Positions 1 to 9,286 of a stretch of DNA of 64,000 bases are shown piece by piece. Position 1 is the stretch's first letter. Each line of letters starts with the position of its first letter. The notes beneath the pieces are model-generated. The model was not told the DNA's origin and made no database searches. It worked only from the letters and a program-made list of their open reading frames with translations. The stretch is from Sporomusaceae bacterium. Its GTDB lineage: Bacteria; Bacillota; Negativicutes; Acidaminococcales; JAJUGR01. The stretch is taken from NCBI GenBank assembly GCA_029265905.1, contig JAJUGR010000010.1, forward strand, positions 10,791 to 74,790, given 5' to 3'. Position numbers and translations under genes: made by a program.

Positions 1-25
1 ACATTTGCGGTCCAGAAAAGCTCAT
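1..25 (-). CDS. First 8 codons (MSFSGPQM) of a divergent gene that runs off the left edge; product unknown
   Basis: Reverse-strand ATG at 25..23, with GGAGGA (rc of 33..38) 7 nt upstream. Too short to identify. Confidence 0.3.
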
Positions 26-135
26 GGGTTAATCCTCCGTTCAAGTTTTATGCTCTCATTTTACACCGAGCGGCGGTGAAAAACTACTGCCAGTAAAGTT
101 TTTAATCTTGCTGGCTGATGACGCGGCTTCGCACC

Positions 136-164
136 TTGACAGGCGTGCGGCCTTGCTTTAAAAT
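136..164 (+). promoter_or_regulatory. Sigma-70-type promoter candidate for the CDF transporter leader
   Basis: TTGACA (136..141), 17-nt spacer, TAAAAT (159..164). Confidence 0.45.
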
Positions 165-237
165 ACTGTTGATATCATTGCAAAAGTCATATAGTCAGGC
201 TGCTGCGGCAGCTGGGCCTTTTGGCAGTGGAGTTGAT

Positions 238-284
238 CCATGGGACATTTAAACGTAAATGTCCCATGGATTTTTTTATTTTTT
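238..284 (+). terminator. Intrinsic-terminator-like hairpin inside the 5' leader of the CDF gene (attenuator candidate)
   Basis: Perfect 14-bp inverted repeat CCATGGGACATTTA (238..251) / TAAATGTCCCATGG (256..269) with a 4-nt loop, followed by TTTTTTTATTTTTT. It lies between the promoter candidate and the GGAGGA/ATG at 302. Confidence 0.6.
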
Positions 285-301
285 ACGGAGGAGTGTGGGT
301 T

Positions 302-1174
302 ATGCTTATCCAAGTAGTGGAACAGGTCAAAAAGGTGCTTTGGTATATTCTCTTTGCGAATATTTTTGTGGCAGTGGTAAAAATTATCATTGGCAACATG
401 ATTCAGAGTGCCAGCATGACGGCTGACGGCTACCATTCCTTGACGGACGGCGTGTCGAATGTCGTGGGGATAATCGGCATCTCGCTGGCGGCCCAGCCGG
501 TTGATGAAAAACACCCCTATGGCCATCGAAAATACGAGTGCATTACCGGGCTCTTTATCGGGGGCATGCTGCTGGCAATCGTGGCTAATATTGTCATGGA
601 AGCCGTCCCGAAATTGATGAATCCTGTTGTCCCGCAGGTGAGCCTGGAATCGCTGGTGGCGCTTGTTGTCACCGTGGTCATAAATATATTGGTTTGCTGG
701 TACGAATATCGGGCCGGTAAACGGTTGAACAGCTTTATTCTTGTTTCTGATTCGCTGCACACGCGCAGTGATATCTATGTTTCGGTCGGCGTATTGTTTA
801 CGTTGGTGGCGATTAAGCTGGGCGCGCCGCCTGTAATCGATCCGATCACTTCCTTGGTTGTCGCGGCGTTTATCGTTAAGGCGGCAATCGAAATCATTCA
901 ATCCACCAGCGCCATCTTGCTTGACAGCAACGCCGTTGATGCGGAATTGGTTGAAGCAACTGTCCGTGCTTTTCCGCAAGTGATCAACGTGCACAAAATC
1001 CGCAGCCGCGGAACGGAGACACATTTGTTCATCGATATGCATATTGTCATCGATCCGGAGATGAGCATTGCGCAGGCGCATGCACTAGTGCATGACATTG
1101 ACGCAAAACTCAAAAGCGAGATCGGACCGCACTTGGAGACGATGATTCATACCGAGCCGTATAGTGAAAAATGA
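302..1174 (+). CDS. Cation diffusion facilitator (CDF) family divalent-metal efflux transporter
   Basis: The ORF-track frame 221..1174 has an internal ATG at 302 preceded by GGAGGA. Six predicted TM helices, CDF signature SASMTADGYHSLTDG, and a C-terminal cytoplasmic domain (HKIRSRGTETHLFIDMHI). Confidence 0.85.
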   Translation: MLIQVVEQVKKVLWYILFANIFVAVVKIIIGNMIQSASMTADGYHSLTDGVSNVVGIIGISLAAQPVDEKHPYGHRKYECITGLFIGGMLLAIVANIVMEAVPKLMNPVVPQVSLESLVALVVTVVINILVCWYEYRAGKRLNSFILVSDSLHTRSDIYVSVGVLFTLVAIKLGAPPVIDPITSLVVAAFIVKAAIEIIQSTSAILLDSNAVDAELVEATVRAFPQVINVHKIRSRGTETHLFIDMHIVIDPEMSIAQAHALVHDIDAKLKSEIGPHLETMIHTEPYSEK

Positions 1175-1202
1175 CTATTGTGGATAAAATGCAGGAATGC
1201 TA

Positions 1203-1231
1203 TTGACAAAAAAGAAAACCAAGCATATATT
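1203..1231 (+). promoter_or_regulatory. Promoter candidate for the aromatic amino acid operon leader
   Basis: TTGACA (1203..1208), 17-nt spacer, TATATT (1226..1231). Confidence 0.45.
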
Positions 1232-1237
1232 ATAAAT

Positions 1238-1528
1238 AATAACTGTAACATTGCAAAATGCAATGACAAGAGAGAAGTACCTTTTGCGGCACGCAAAGAG
1301 AGCCGGTGGCAGGTGTAAACCGGTAGGGCGGCAGGTGGGAAATACACTCTTTGAGCAGCGGGTTGAACGCGTGCCGCAAGGCAGGTCAGTAGGCTCAGCC
1401 GGCCGCCGCCGTTAACAGGCTGGGATATCGGCATTAGCCCGTATCCGAGAGGTGGCATGCGCAAGTAGGGTGGTACCGCGGGAAAATAAATCCCCGTCCC
1501 TTTTTAGGGATGGGGTATTTTTTTTCCC
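1238..1528 (+). promoter_or_regulatory. T-box leader (tRNA-sensing riboswitch), probable tyrosine specifier UAC
   Basis: AGAGAG...GGTGG stem I elements and candidate specifier GAAA-UAC-A (UAC at 1343..1345). Conserved T-box sequence AGGGTGGTACCGCGG (1467..1481). Terminator CCCCGTCCC/GGGATGGGG plus a T-run at 1491..1525. Confidence 0.85.
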
Positions 1529-1566
1529 GCGGAAAATATAACCGCGTAGAAAGGTAGGATGGTAGT

Positions 1567-2589
1567 ATGGTAGTGGTAATGGCTCCGGGGGCGACGAAGG
1601 CGCAAATCGAAGAGGTGGTGGCGGTTGTGGAGGGAGCGGGCTTAAAAGCGCATCTCTCGTTCGGCGACCAGCGCACGGTCATCGGCATCATCGGCGACAA
1701 AACCGTCATGATGGATTTGCCGCTGGCCGGCATGTCCGGCGTGGAAAAACTGTTGAAGGTCACGGCGAGCTACAAGCTGATCAGCCGGGAGTTTGCCGCG
1801 CGCGACCATGTAGTATGGGTAGACGGCGTGCCGGTGGGCGGAGGCAGCATGGCTGTCATGGCCGGTCCTTGTGCTGTGGAAAGCCGGGAGCAGTTGCTGG
1901 AAGCGGCGGCGATTGTCAAAGCGCAAGGTGCACAATTTTTGCGCGGCGGCGCATTCAAACCCCGTACATCGCCTTATTCGTTCCAGGGGTTAGAACAAAA
2001 GGGGCTTGAATTCCTGGCGGAAGCCGGTGAAAAATACGGCCTGAAAATAGTGACAGAAGTCATGGACGAAGGAAATGTCAGCCGCATTGCGGAAACCTCC
2101 CACGTGCTGCAAATCGGCGCGCGCAATATGCAGAACTTCGCCTTGCTGCGCGCTGTCGGCAGGGCCGGCAAGCCTGTGCTCTTAAAGCGGGGAATGTGCG
2201 GCACGATTGACGAATGGTTGAATGCGGCGGAATACATTGCAAAAGAAGGAAATATGGATATCATTATGTGTGAGAGGGGCATCCGCACGTTTGAAACCTA
2301 TACGCGTAACACGCTGGATTTGAGCGCTGTCGTGGCGGTGAAGGAACTGAGCTGCCTGCCGGTGATTGTCGATCCAAGCCATGGGACCGGGCTGCGCAAG
2401 ATGGTGCGCCCCATGTCGTTGGCGGCGGTTGGTGCCGGCGCGGACGGACTGATGATCGAGGTGCACCCGGAACCGGCGAAAGCCTTGTCTGACGGTCCGC
2501 AGTCGCTCGATGAACAAGGGTTTGCGAGTCTGATGAAGGAGGTGAACGGTTTGACGACCCTCTTGCGTGGTGAAAACCGTTTGCAATGA
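1567..2589 (+). CDS. aroF: 3-deoxy-7-phosphoheptulonate (DAHP) synthase, type I-beta with an N-terminal ferredoxin-like/ACT regulatory domain
   Basis: 340 aa. The N-terminal ~70 aa ([31 protein letters not shown]) resemble the Thermotoga-type regulatory domain. The rest is KDO8P/DAHP synthase-like ([25 protein letters not shown]). Confidence 0.9.
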   Translation: MVVVMAPGATKAQIEEVVAVVEGAGLKAHLSFGDQRTVIGIIGDKTVMMDLPLAGMSGVEKLLKVTASYKLISREFAARDHVVWVDGVPVGGGSMAVMAGPCAVESREQLLEAAAIVKAQGAQFLRGGAFKPRTSPYSFQGLEQKGLEFLAEAGEKYGLKIVTEVMDEGNVSRIAETSHVLQIGARNMQNFALLRAVGRAGKPVLLKRGMCGTIDEWLNAAEYIAKEGNMDIIMCERGIRTFETYTRNTLDLSAVVAVKELSCLPVIVDPSHGTGLRKMVRPMSLAAVGAGADGLMIEVHPEPAKALSDGPQSLDEQGFASLMKEVNGLTTLLRGENRLQ

Positions 2590-3464
2590 CGCGGCCGGTT
2601 GCCGCGATTATCGGCCTGGGCCTGATCGGCGGCTCGCTTCTGCGGGCTTTGCGGCAGGCCGGCGGCTGGCGGCTTTCGGGAACCGATGTGGATGAACAGA
2701 CGATTGCTGCCGCTTGGCGGGCCGGTTATTTGCCTGAGTCGGCCCTGTCGCCGGAAAAAGCCGTTCGGGAAGCAGATTTGGTTGTTCTTTGCGTGCCCAT
2801 AGGCGCAATTGCGCCTATGGTGCGGCGCCTGAAGCCGTTTTTAAAACCCGGCGTGGTCGTAACGGATGTCAGCAGCGTCAAAGGCGATTTGGCCAGAACC
2901 GTTCAGCGGGAGTTGGGCGATGCGGGCGTTTTCATCGGCGGCCATCCGATGGCTGGTTCGGAACTGCACGGCTGGAACGCCGCCCGCGCCGATCTGTTTG
3001 CCGGCAAGGCCTACATGCTCGAGCGGACGCCCTTGGCGTCCGAGCAAGCGGTTGCGCTGGTGGAGCGGATGGTGGCTGCTGTCGGGGCAAGGCCTGTCTG
3101 GATGACTTCCGATGTGCATGACCGCGCCACGGCTTTGATCAGCCATGCGCCGCACGTTGTGGCCTCGGCGATGGTTTTGGCGACTGCCGAAGACGATCAT
3201 GCGCCTGAAGCCATATCGCTGGCGGCGAGCTGCTTTCGCGACATGACCCGCGTGACGGCTTCAAATCCGGAGATGTGGGTGGAGATTACCTGTGAAAACC
3301 GGCAGGAAGTTGCCCGCGCGCTGCAGGCGGTCAGCCGGCACTTGCTGGCGGTTGCGTCGGCGCTGGAGACGGGCGACGAGCAAGCGGTGCGGACCTTTTT
3401 TACCGCCGCTTACCAGGCTAAGAATGACTTTTTATTAAAGGATGGTGGACCGAATGTTGGTTAG
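2586..3464 (+). CDS. tyrA: Prephenate dehydrogenase
   Basis: 292 aa. Rossmann motif [10 protein letters not shown] and GGHPMAGSE, typical of the TyrA family. The ATG overlaps the aroF stop (ATGA). Confidence 0.85.
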   Translation: MTRPVAAIIGLGLIGGSLLRALRQAGGWRLSGTDVDEQTIAAAWRAGYLPESALSPEKAVREADLVVLCVPIGAIAPMVRRLKPFLKPGVVVTDVSSVKGDLARTVQRELGDAGVFIGGHPMAGSELHGWNAARADLFAGKAYMLERTPLASEQAVALVERMVAAVGARPVWMTSDVHDRATALISHAPHVVASAMVLATAEDDHAPEAISLAASCFRDMTRVTASNPEMWVEITCENRQEVARALQAVSRHLLAVASALETGDEQAVRTFFTAAYQAKNDFLLKDGGPNVG

Positions 3465-4764
3465 CGGCGCAAAAGAGCCTTTGCGCGGGAGCGTTACTGT
3501 TCCGGGCGATAAGTCTATTTCTCACCGTGTTGTCATGCTGGGGGCGATTGCCGATGGCGTCACCGAGGCAACCGGTTTTTTGCCGTCTGAAGATGCGTTG
3601 TCAACCATTCGCTGCTTTCGCCAGATGGGCGTGCAGATTGAACAGGCGGATACGCATGTCCGTGTGGCCGGCGTCGGTCTGCACGGTTTGAAGACGCCCT
3701 TGGCCGACCTTGATGCAGGCAATTCCGGCACAACGATGCGCTTGTTGGCCGGGCTCTTGTCCGGGCAGGTGTTTGGCGTGACCATTACAGGCGATGCGTC
3801 TTTGTGCAAACGCCCAATGCGGCGTGTCGCTGATCCGTTGAAAAAAATGGGGGCTGATATCCATTTGCAGGATAATGGCTGCGCCCCCTTGCATATATGT
3901 CCGGTGGCCAAACTGCGCGGCATTGATTACGACATGCCGGTAGCCAGCGCGCAGGTGAAATCGGCGCTGTTGCTGGCCGGTCTGTACGCGGATGAGCCGG
4001 TCGTGGTTCGCGAACCCGTTCCCTCGCGCGACCATAGCGAAAACATGCTAAGAGCATTTGGGGCCGACCTGACGGTTGAAAACGGCGTCATTCGCCTCGT
4101 ACCGGGAAAGCGTCTGACGGGCATGACACTGACTGTTCCGGGCGACATTTCTTCCGCTGCTTTTGTCTTGGCTGCGGCGGCGATGGTGCCGGGATCGGAT
4201 GTAACCGTGAAAAATGTCGGCGTTAATCCGACGCGCACGGGCATTCTTGACGTGCTGGCAGCCATGGGGGCGAAAATCACCCTGGAAAACCGGCGTACTG
4301 AATGCGGCGAGGCGCGGGCCGATATCAGGCTCGAGCACCGCCCGCTCAAAGGCGTGACGATTAGCGGCGAATTGATTCCGCGGCTGGTTGACGAATTGCC
4401 GGTGCTGGCGTTCGTGGCGGCGGTTGCGGAAGGGAAAACGGTCATTGCCGACGCAGGAGAACTGCGTGTCAAGGAATCGGATCGGCTGAGCATGATGGCC
4501 AAGGGTTTGGCTGCGTTTGGCGCGAGTTTTGAGGAACTGCCAGACGGAATGATTATCAACGGCAAGCCGGGCTTGCTGACGGCACCGGCCCAAGTGATGG
4601 ACCCGGCTGGCGACCACCGCATGGCGATGGCGTTTTCGGTGGCGGCGCTGGCGACGGCCGGGACGCTGCGGTTAGCGGATGCGGCGTGCGTGGCCGTCTC
4701 CTATCCGAGCTTTTTCCGGACGTTGGCGGAGCTGGGGGCAGTCGTAACAGCGGAGGAGGAATAA
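3442..4764 (+). CDS. aroA: 3-phosphoshikimate 1-carboxyvinyltransferase (EPSP synthase)
   Basis: 440 aa with VPGDKSISHR, LDAGNSGTTMRLL and RVKESDRL motifs. The start could instead be the ATG at 3454. Confidence 0.92.
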   Translation: MVDRMLVSGAKEPLRGSVTVPGDKSISHRVVMLGAIADGVTEATGFLPSEDALSTIRCFRQMGVQIEQADTHVRVAGVGLHGLKTPLADLDAGNSGTTMRLLAGLLSGQVFGVTITGDASLCKRPMRRVADPLKKMGADIHLQDNGCAPLHICPVAKLRGIDYDMPVASAQVKSALLLAGLYADEPVVVREPVPSRDHSENMLRAFGADLTVENGVIRLVPGKRLTGMTLTVPGDISSAAFVLAAAAMVPGSDVTVKNVGVNPTRTGILDVLAAMGAKITLENRRTECGEARADIRLEHRPLKGVTISGELIPRLVDELPVLAFVAAVAEGKTVIADAGELRVKESDRLSMMAKGLAAFGASFEELPDGMIINGKPGLLTAPAQVMDPAGDHRMAMAFSVAALATAGTLRLADAACVAVSYPSFFRTLAELGAVVTAEEE

Positions 4765-5942
4765 TGATGCGCTTTGTAACAGCGGGCGAGTCGCACGGCC
4801 CTTGCCTCACGGCGGTGGTGGAAGGGCTTCCGGCGGGGTTGCCGATTGACGAAAACAAATTGAATGAGGCGTTGGCGCGCCGGCAACGCGGCGCTGGGCG
4901 CGGCGGCCGCATGCTGATCGAAAAAGACCAGGTGGAAGTACTCTCTGGTGTTCGGTTTGGCAAAACCTTGGGCAGTCCAGTGACGCTGTCGATAAAAAAC
5001 CGCGACTGGGATAACTGGCGTGAGGAAATGGCGCCGTTCGGCGCACCATCGGATCGCAAACGGGTTTACTGTCCGCGACCTGGGCATGCTGATTTGTCGG
5101 GCGTTTGGAAATATGGCTTTGAAGATGCGCGCCCGGTATTGGAACGGGCCAGCGCCAGGGAAACAGCCGCGAGGACGGCGGCCGGCGCGATTGCCGCCGG
5201 TTTTTTGGAACATGTTGGCATGACGTTTGCCGCTCATGTCCGCGGCATCGGCGGCATCGAGCTGCCGCGTGAGATACAGCCTAGCGTGCAGGAGATTCGT
5301 GCTAAAGCCTTTCCGTCGCCGGTTGGTTGCGTCGATGAAGCGACAGCAGCCAACATGCTCGCCCGGATTGCTGCCGCGCAGGAGGCGGGTGATACGCTGG
5401 GCGGGCTGATTGAAGTGCGCGGGGAAGGACTGGTGCCCGGATTGGGCAGCTACACGCAATGGGATGCCCGTTTAGACGGGCGGCTGGCGCAGGCGATTTC
5501 AGCGATCCCGGCGATCAAGGGTGTTGCCTTCGGCGATGGGTTTGCCTTGGCGGCTGTGCCGGGCAGCGAGGCGCATGACACGATGCAAAAATGCGGCGAG
5601 CGCGGCATTGCGCGGCCGACAAACCATGCCGGCGGCCTGGAAGGCGGCATGACCAACGGCGAGGTGCTGGTTGTGCAGGCGGCGATGAAGCCGATTCCGA
5701 CCCTGATGAAGCCGCTGGCTTCCGTTTCCTTGCTGGACGGGTCCACCACCTATGCTTCGACGGAGCGCAGCGACGCCTGTGCGGTTCCCGCCGCCGCCGT
5801 TGTCGCCGAGATGATGACGGCCTGGGTGATTGCTTGCGCCGTCCGGGAAAAATTCGGCGGCGACTACATTGAAGATGTATTGATAGCGTTGGAACATTAT
5901 AAAGCCCGTATCGCTCAGGGAGGCGCGCCATGGCAGGTGTGA
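4764..5942 (+). CDS. aroC: Chorismate synthase
   Basis: The ORF-track frame starts at 4686, but GGAGGAGGA lies just upstream of ATGATG at 4764 (TAATG overlap with the aroA stop). The N-terminus MMRFVTAGESHG is canonical for AroC. Confidence 0.92.
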   Translation: MMRFVTAGESHGPCLTAVVEGLPAGLPIDENKLNEALARRQRGAGRGGRMLIEKDQVEVLSGVRFGKTLGSPVTLSIKNRDWDNWREEMAPFGAPSDRKRVYCPRPGHADLSGVWKYGFEDARPVLERASARETAARTAAGAIAAGFLEHVGMTFAAHVRGIGGIELPREIQPSVQEIRAKAFPSPVGCVDEATAANMLARIAAAQEAGDTLGGLIEVRGEGLVPGLGSYTQWDARLDGRLAQAISAIPAIKGVAFGDGFALAAVPGSEAHDTMQKCGERGIARPTNHAGGLEGGMTNGEVLVVQAAMKPIPTLMKPLASVSLLDGSTTYASTERSDACAVPAAAVVAEMMTAWVIACAVREKFGGDYIEDVLIALEHYKARIAQGGAPWQV

Positions 5943-7015
5943 ATCAGGTCGTTCGCGTGCCGGTCGCGCTTGGGGAGCGCAGCTACCAGGTTGTTGCCGG
6001 GCCGCTTTCCGATACCTTGCCGGAAACGTTGGCCGCTCTGCGGGCGACGCCGAAAGTGCTGCTTGTGTCGGATGAACGAGTGGCTGGATTGTACGCGGAC
6101 AAAGTGAAGAAGCTCCTTGAGCAATGCGGTTTTTCTGTCCACCTGGCGGTCGTGCCGGTCGGGGAGGAGGCCAAAAGCCTGGCGGTCGCCGGGCGCCTGT
6201 ATGATCAGGCGGTGCGGTGCGAGTTGGATCGCAAAAGCCTGGTCGTGGCCTTGGGCGGCGGCGTTGTCGGCGATGTGGCCGGCTTTGTTGCCGCAACGTA
6301 TTTGCGCGGCCTTCTGTTTATCCAAATACCCACCACGCTGTTGGCACAGGTGGATGCGAGCGTCGGCGGGAAAGTGGCCATCAATCATCCGGCCGGGAAA
6401 AATTTGATCGGCGCCTTTTATCAGCCCAAAGCCGTATTGGCGGACGTCGCTTTTTTTGACACCTTGTCCGAAAGGGATTATCGTTCCGGATTGGCTGAAG
6501 TTGTTAAGCACGCGCTCTTAGACAGCGAAGCGCGCCTGCAATGGCTGGAAGCGAACCATGAGCGCTTGCTTGCGCGCGACCACGCCCTGCTGCAAGAAGT
6601 GGTCGCTTGGTGTTGCGCGCACAAAGCCGGCGTTGTGTCGCGGGATGAAACGGAGCAGGGTGAACGCAAGCATCTTAATCTTGGCCACACTTTCGGCCAC
6701 GCGGTGGAGGCCTGGGGCGGGTTTAACCGCTGGACGCATGGCGAGTCGGTGGCGATTGGATTGGTTGCGGCGCTAAAATTGTCCGTCAAGCATGTTCAAT
6801 GTCCGGCTGCTTTAGTGGCGCGCGTAGCGAAGCTGCTTGAACAACTGGGACTGCCGGCCGGCCTGCCGGCGGGGGAAACGTATGACTTGCAGTCTTACCT
6901 GCACCAGGACAAAAAAATGCTGCAGGATAAAATCCATTGGATTTTGCTTGCCGGCCCCGGCGACGTTCGGATCTGCGCGCTCGACAAAAACGAAAGCGTA
7001 GCCGAACTAATTTGA
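5930..7015 (+). CDS. aroB: 3-dehydroquinate synthase
   Basis: 361 aa with GGGVVGDVAGFVAATYLRG, the metal ligands LNLGHTFGHA and HGESVAIG. Confidence 0.92.
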   Translation: MAGVNQVVRVPVALGERSYQVVAGPLSDTLPETLAALRATPKVLLVSDERVAGLYADKVKKLLEQCGFSVHLAVVPVGEEAKSLAVAGRLYDQAVRCELDRKSLVVALGGGVVGDVAGFVAATYLRGLLFIQIPTTLLAQVDASVGGKVAINHPAGKNLIGAFYQPKAVLADVAFFDTLSERDYRSGLAEVVKHALLDSEARLQWLEANHERLLARDHALLQEVVAWCCAHKAGVVSRDETEQGERKHLNLGHTFGHAVEAWGGFNRWTHGESVAIGLVAALKLSVKHVQCPAALVARVAKLLEQLGLPAGLPAGETYDLQSYLHQDKKMLQDKIHWILLAGPGDVRICALDKNESVAELI

Positions 7016-7068
7016 TGACGGGGCGGGCGGCGCCCGTCGGCTGTTCAACAAAAAAATGCAACAGACTG

Positions 7069-7097
7069 TTGACAAGGCGGTGCAAGGTGGCTATAAT
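7069..7097 (+). promoter_or_regulatory. Consensus sigma-70 promoter for the solitary tRNA-Gly
   Basis: TTGACA (7069..7074), 17-nt spacer, TATAAT (7092..7097), 27 nt upstream of the tRNA 5' end. Confidence 0.65.
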
Positions 7098-7124
7098 AAT
7101 CGTTGTGAGTCACACAATTGAATT

Positions 7125-7199
7125 GCGGAAGTAGCTCAGTGGTAGAGCATCGCCTTGCCAAGGCGAGGGTCGCGAGTTCGAATCTCGTTTTCCGCTCCA
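7125..7199 (+). tRNA. tRNA-Gly (anticodon GCC), CCA encoded
   Basis: 75-nt cloverleaf with acceptor GCGGAAG/CTTCCGC-type pairing, anticodon loop TTGCCAA, T-loop GGTTCGAATC-like (GAGTTCGAATCTC) and a 3' CCA. Confidence 0.95.
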
Positions 7200-7209
7200 G
7201 ACATTTTTC

Positions 7210-7239
7210 AAACCCGGCCGCTGGTCGGGTTTGTTCTTT
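7210..7239 (+). terminator. Rho-independent terminator after tRNA-Gly
   Basis: Stem AAACCCGGCC / GGTCGGGTTT with a short loop, followed by GTTCTTT. Confidence 0.55.
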
Positions 7240-7241
7240 AC

Positions 7242-7270
7242 TTGAGTTTGCCGGGTGGATATGGTATGAT
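7242..7270 (+). promoter_or_regulatory. Promoter candidate for tig
   Basis: TTGAGT (7242..7247), 17-nt spacer, extended -10 TGgTATGAT (7262..7270). Confidence 0.5.
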
Positions 7271-7345
7271 GTTATGAGCACAATGCGTGCAGACCGGGTT
7301 ATTCCGGATTGCATCTAATTAATAACAAGGGGGATATGGTAGTAC

Positions 7346-8635
7346 ATGAAAGTTACAGCCGAAAAAATAGACAAGCATCAGGTGGCGCTGGCAATTGAAG
7401 TGCCGGGCGAAGAGGTAGCCAAATCTTTTCAGAAAGCTTATCAACGGTTGGCGAATAAAGTTAACATTCCCGGTTTCCGCAAAGGCAAAGCGCCGCGCAA
7501 AATCCTGGAAATGCGTCTTGGCGCCGATGTCTTGAAAGAAGAAGCGTTCGAGGTATTGGCTGGTCCCGCTTACCAAGAAGCGCTCAAGCAAGAGAAGCTT
7601 GAACCGGTCAGCCGCCCGGAGGTGGAAGTCGGCGATCTGGAAGACGGCCAACCGCTTTCCTTTAAAGTAACCGTTACGGTAAAACCGACGCCGGTTTTAG
7701 GCGAGTATAAAGGCCTGGTTGTTGAAAAGCCGGTTGCTGAAGTAACTGAGGCGGAAGTGGAAAGCAGCCTCAACACCATGCGTGACCGTCAGGCGCAAAT
7801 GGTTGTTGTCGAAGACGCGACAATTGAAAAAGGTGATTTTGCGGTAATCGATTTTGCCGGCACGATTGACGGTGTACCGTTCAGCGGCGGCGAAGGTAAG
7901 GGCTATCCGCTGGAAATCGGTTCGGGCAGCTTTATTCCCGGCTTTGAAGAGCAATTGATCGGCGTAAAAACCGGCGAGAAGAAAGTTGTCAGCGTCTCCT
8001 TCCCGGAAGACTACCATGTGAAAGAGCTGGCGGGCAAAGCGTCTGAGTTTGCCGTGACGGTGCATGAAGTCAAGCGGAAGCAGTTGCCGGAATTGAACGA
8101 TGACTTTGCCAAAGAAGTCGGTTCGTTTGAAACGTTGGAAGACCTGAAGGCCGACATCAAGGCAAAAATGCTGAACGCAGCCGAAGAGCGTGCGAAGAAC
8201 GAATACGAACGCGCCGTTGTCAAGAAGGCTGTCGACAACGCAACGCTTGAATTGCCGGAAGTAATGATCGATGACCGCGCTGCCAAAATTGTTGAAGACT
8301 TTGCTTACAATTTGGAAAGCCGCGGCATGAAACTCGACATGTACCTTCAATACACAAAAAAGACCCTTTCCGAGCTGAAGGATTCTTACCGTGAGATTGC
8401 GGCCGAGCAAGTTAAGGCCGATTTGGTGATGGAAGAGATCGCTAAAGAGGAAAACCTGGAAGTCACGGAAGCCGACATCAATGCCGAGCTGGAAAGTTTG
8501 GCCGCTCAATACAACATGCCGGTCCAAGACGTGCGCCGCACGCTGGTTGAGCATGGCAACGTGGACGTACTGAAAGGCAATTTGCTGCGCCGCAAGGCTT
8601 CCCAGGTTGTCTTGGAGAGCGCGGTAAACGCTTAA
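7346..8635 (+). CDS. tig: Trigger factor (ribosome-associated PPIase chaperone)
   Basis: 429 aa. N-terminal ribosome-binding motif GFRKGKAP, a central FKBP-like domain (IDFAGTIDGVPFSGGEG) and a C-terminal arm domain. Confidence 0.95.
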   Translation: MKVTAEKIDKHQVALAIEVPGEEVAKSFQKAYQRLANKVNIPGFRKGKAPRKILEMRLGADVLKEEAFEVLAGPAYQEALKQEKLEPVSRPEVEVGDLEDGQPLSFKVTVTVKPTPVLGEYKGLVVEKPVAEVTEAEVESSLNTMRDRQAQMVVVEDATIEKGDFAVIDFAGTIDGVPFSGGEGKGYPLEIGSGSFIPGFEEQLIGVKTGEKKVVSVSFPEDYHVKELAGKASEFAVTVHEVKRKQLPELNDDFAKEVGSFETLEDLKADIKAKMLNAAEERAKNEYERAVVKKAVDNATLELPEVMIDDRAAKIVEDFAYNLESRGMKLDMYLQYTKKTLSELKDSYREIAAEQVKADLVMEEIAKEENLEVTEADINAELESLAAQYNMPVQDVRRTLVEHGNVDVLKGNLLRRKASQVVLESAVNA

Positions 8636-8662
8636 TAGTCTTACAAAAAAGAGGTGTTGAGC

Positions 8663-9259
8663 ATGAGCTTTGTGCCAATAGTTGTGGAACAATCGAACCG
8701 GGGCGAGCGGGCCTATGACATCTTTTCTCGTCTGTTGAAGGATAGAATTGTGTTTATCGGCGGTCCTATCGACGACACGATGGCGAATTTGGTTATTGCG
8801 CAATTGCTCTTCCTTGAGTCGGAAGACCCGGACAAGGACATCCATCTGTATATCAATAGTCCGGGCGGCAGTGTCACGGCCGGTTTGGCCATGTATGACA
8901 CGATGCAATATATCAAGCCGGATGTTTCAACCATATGCCTGGGCATGGCGGCCAGCATGGCTGCTATTTTGCTGACGGCGGGCGCCAAAGGCAAGCGTTA
9001 TGCGCTGCCCTATTCGCGGGTTATGATTCATCAGCCGCTGGGCGGTGCGCAGGGGCAGGCGACGGATATTGAAATTCAAGCCCGGGAGATTTTGCGCTTG
9101 CGCGAAGTTGCCAATGAAATTTTGTCCCGCCACACGGGCCAACCGATCGACAAGATCCAACTTGATACGGAACGCGATTATTTCATGTCCAGTCAAGTGG
9201 CTTGCGACTACGGGTTGATTGACAAGGTGATTGTTCGTGGAGAGAGTTTCAGGGCATGA
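8663..9259 (+). CDS. clpP: ATP-dependent Clp protease proteolytic subunit
   Basis: The ATG at 8663 follows GAGGTG. Catalytic-triad context GMAASMAA (Ser) and IHQPLGG (His). Confidence 0.95.
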   Translation: MSFVPIVVEQSNRGERAYDIFSRLLKDRIVFIGGPIDDTMANLVIAQLLFLESEDPDKDIHLYINSPGGSVTAGLAMYDTMQYIKPDVSTICLGMAASMAAILLTAGAKGKRYALPYSRVMIHQPLGGAQGQATDIEIQAREILRLREVANEILSRHTGQPIDKIQLDTERDYFMSSQVACDYGLIDKVIVRGESFRA

Positions 9260-9286
9260 CTTCTTCCACAAGTGAGGTGAGCAGTA

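Noticed and set aside
165-237. Considered calling a NiCo (czcD) riboswitch outright
   Set aside because: The segment folds most simply as one long imperfect hairpin, and I cannot reproduce the four-helix consensus from memory. It is reported only as a hypothesis to test with a covariance model.
158-1081. 307-aa minus-strand ORF covering the CDF transporter gene
   Set aside because: The plus-strand frame has the CDF signature and six TM helices. The minus-strand product is hydrophilic, Arg/His/Asp/Asn-rich and lacks motifs.
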